Below, piece after piece: positions 51,980 through 52,403 of a DNA stretch of 52,403 nt. Each line of letters opens with the position of its first letter. The first letter of the stretch is position 1. The position numbers were made by a program, and so were the translations under genes. Below the pieces are notes generated by a model, which was not told where the DNA came from, did no database searches, and worked only from the letters and a program-made list of their open reading frames with translations. The DNA comes from a candidate division WWE3 bacterium (GTDB taxonomy: Bacteria; Patescibacteriota; WWE3; UBA101185; UBA10185), in the NCBI GenBank assembly GCA_012798315.1, contig JAAZNL010000016.1:1-52403 (forward strand), written 5' to 3'.

Positions 51980-52403
51980 TCATCTGGTTAATTTCCACAC
52001 TAGATCGTTTTTTCCTTTTTTATTGTAATAGCGAGCCAAAACGAATAAATAATCCGAAAGCCTGTTCGCGTATTTTAGTAAATATTCCGAACCTTTGTGT
52101 TTGTGTTTATCAAAGTAGAGAACTAATTGTCTTTCAAACCTTCTGGAAACAGTCCGGGATATATGCAAAAAGCCCGACTCAAAGCTCCCACCCGGTAAAA
52201 TAAAATTCACAATCGGCTTATTTTGAGCGTCCATTTCATCAATACTGTTTTCAAAACCGGTTACTCTTTTTGCCAAATATCTTTCGAAGATATCCGCTTT
52301 AGGACTTCCGGCCAACCACGAACCCAGCATAAATAAATCGGATTGTATTTCTATAACCTGTTTTTTTAATAACGTTGAACGGGATTGGTGTAACACGCCC
52401 AGA
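51980..52403 (-). CDS. PduO-type cob(I)alamin adenosyltransferase (5' partial)
   Basis: IQSDLF, FILPGG, RTVSRRFER, NRLSDYLFVLAR; frame open to the window edge. Confidence 0.9.
   Translation of the reverse strand, partial: LGVLHQSRSTLLKKQVIEIQSDLFMLGSWLAGSPKADIFERYLAKRVTGFENSIDEMDAQNKPIVNFILPGGSFESGFLHISRTVSRRFERQLVLYFDKHKHKGSEYLLKYANRLSDYLFVLARYYNKKGKNDLVWKLTR

Overview
A ~37-40% GC (estimated by eye) bacterial chromosome segment in genetic code 11. The gene content and compactness point to a Patescibacteria/CPR genome, probably WWE3/Microgenomates-like (inference). The core genes are typA, a DEAD-box helicase, rplS, a ClpE/ClpC-type ATPase, a Klenow-only polA, gatCAB, lemA-NUDIX-htpX, polX, an F-type ATP synthase operon, galU with a surface-glycan cluster, lepB, rpmA/rplU, rodA, ileS, a partial PduO gene and four tRNAs (Asp-GTC, Gly-CCC, Thr-CGT, Val-CAC). 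Five things stand out. (1) At the left edge, a translationally coupled pair of Cap4/PD-(D/E)xK-like nuclease genes; the second is a >1185-aa nuclease+HEAT-repeat protein with no visible NTPase and is missing from the ORF track (candidate defence system). (2) Scattered, GC-richer orphan genes, each packaged as promoter + Shine-Dalgarno + ORF + long hairpin; several share a homologous 5' module beginning CCTATAGT-TTG, whereas many host genes look leaderless. (3) A leader-peptide/terminator attenuator ahead of a 525-aa orphan with weak BshC-like motifs, next to a BshB/PIG-L deacetylase and a kinase. (4) atpD interrupted by one in-frame TAA, in an operon with trimmed alpha and delta subunits. (5) A CIRCE-like operator on the clp gene.
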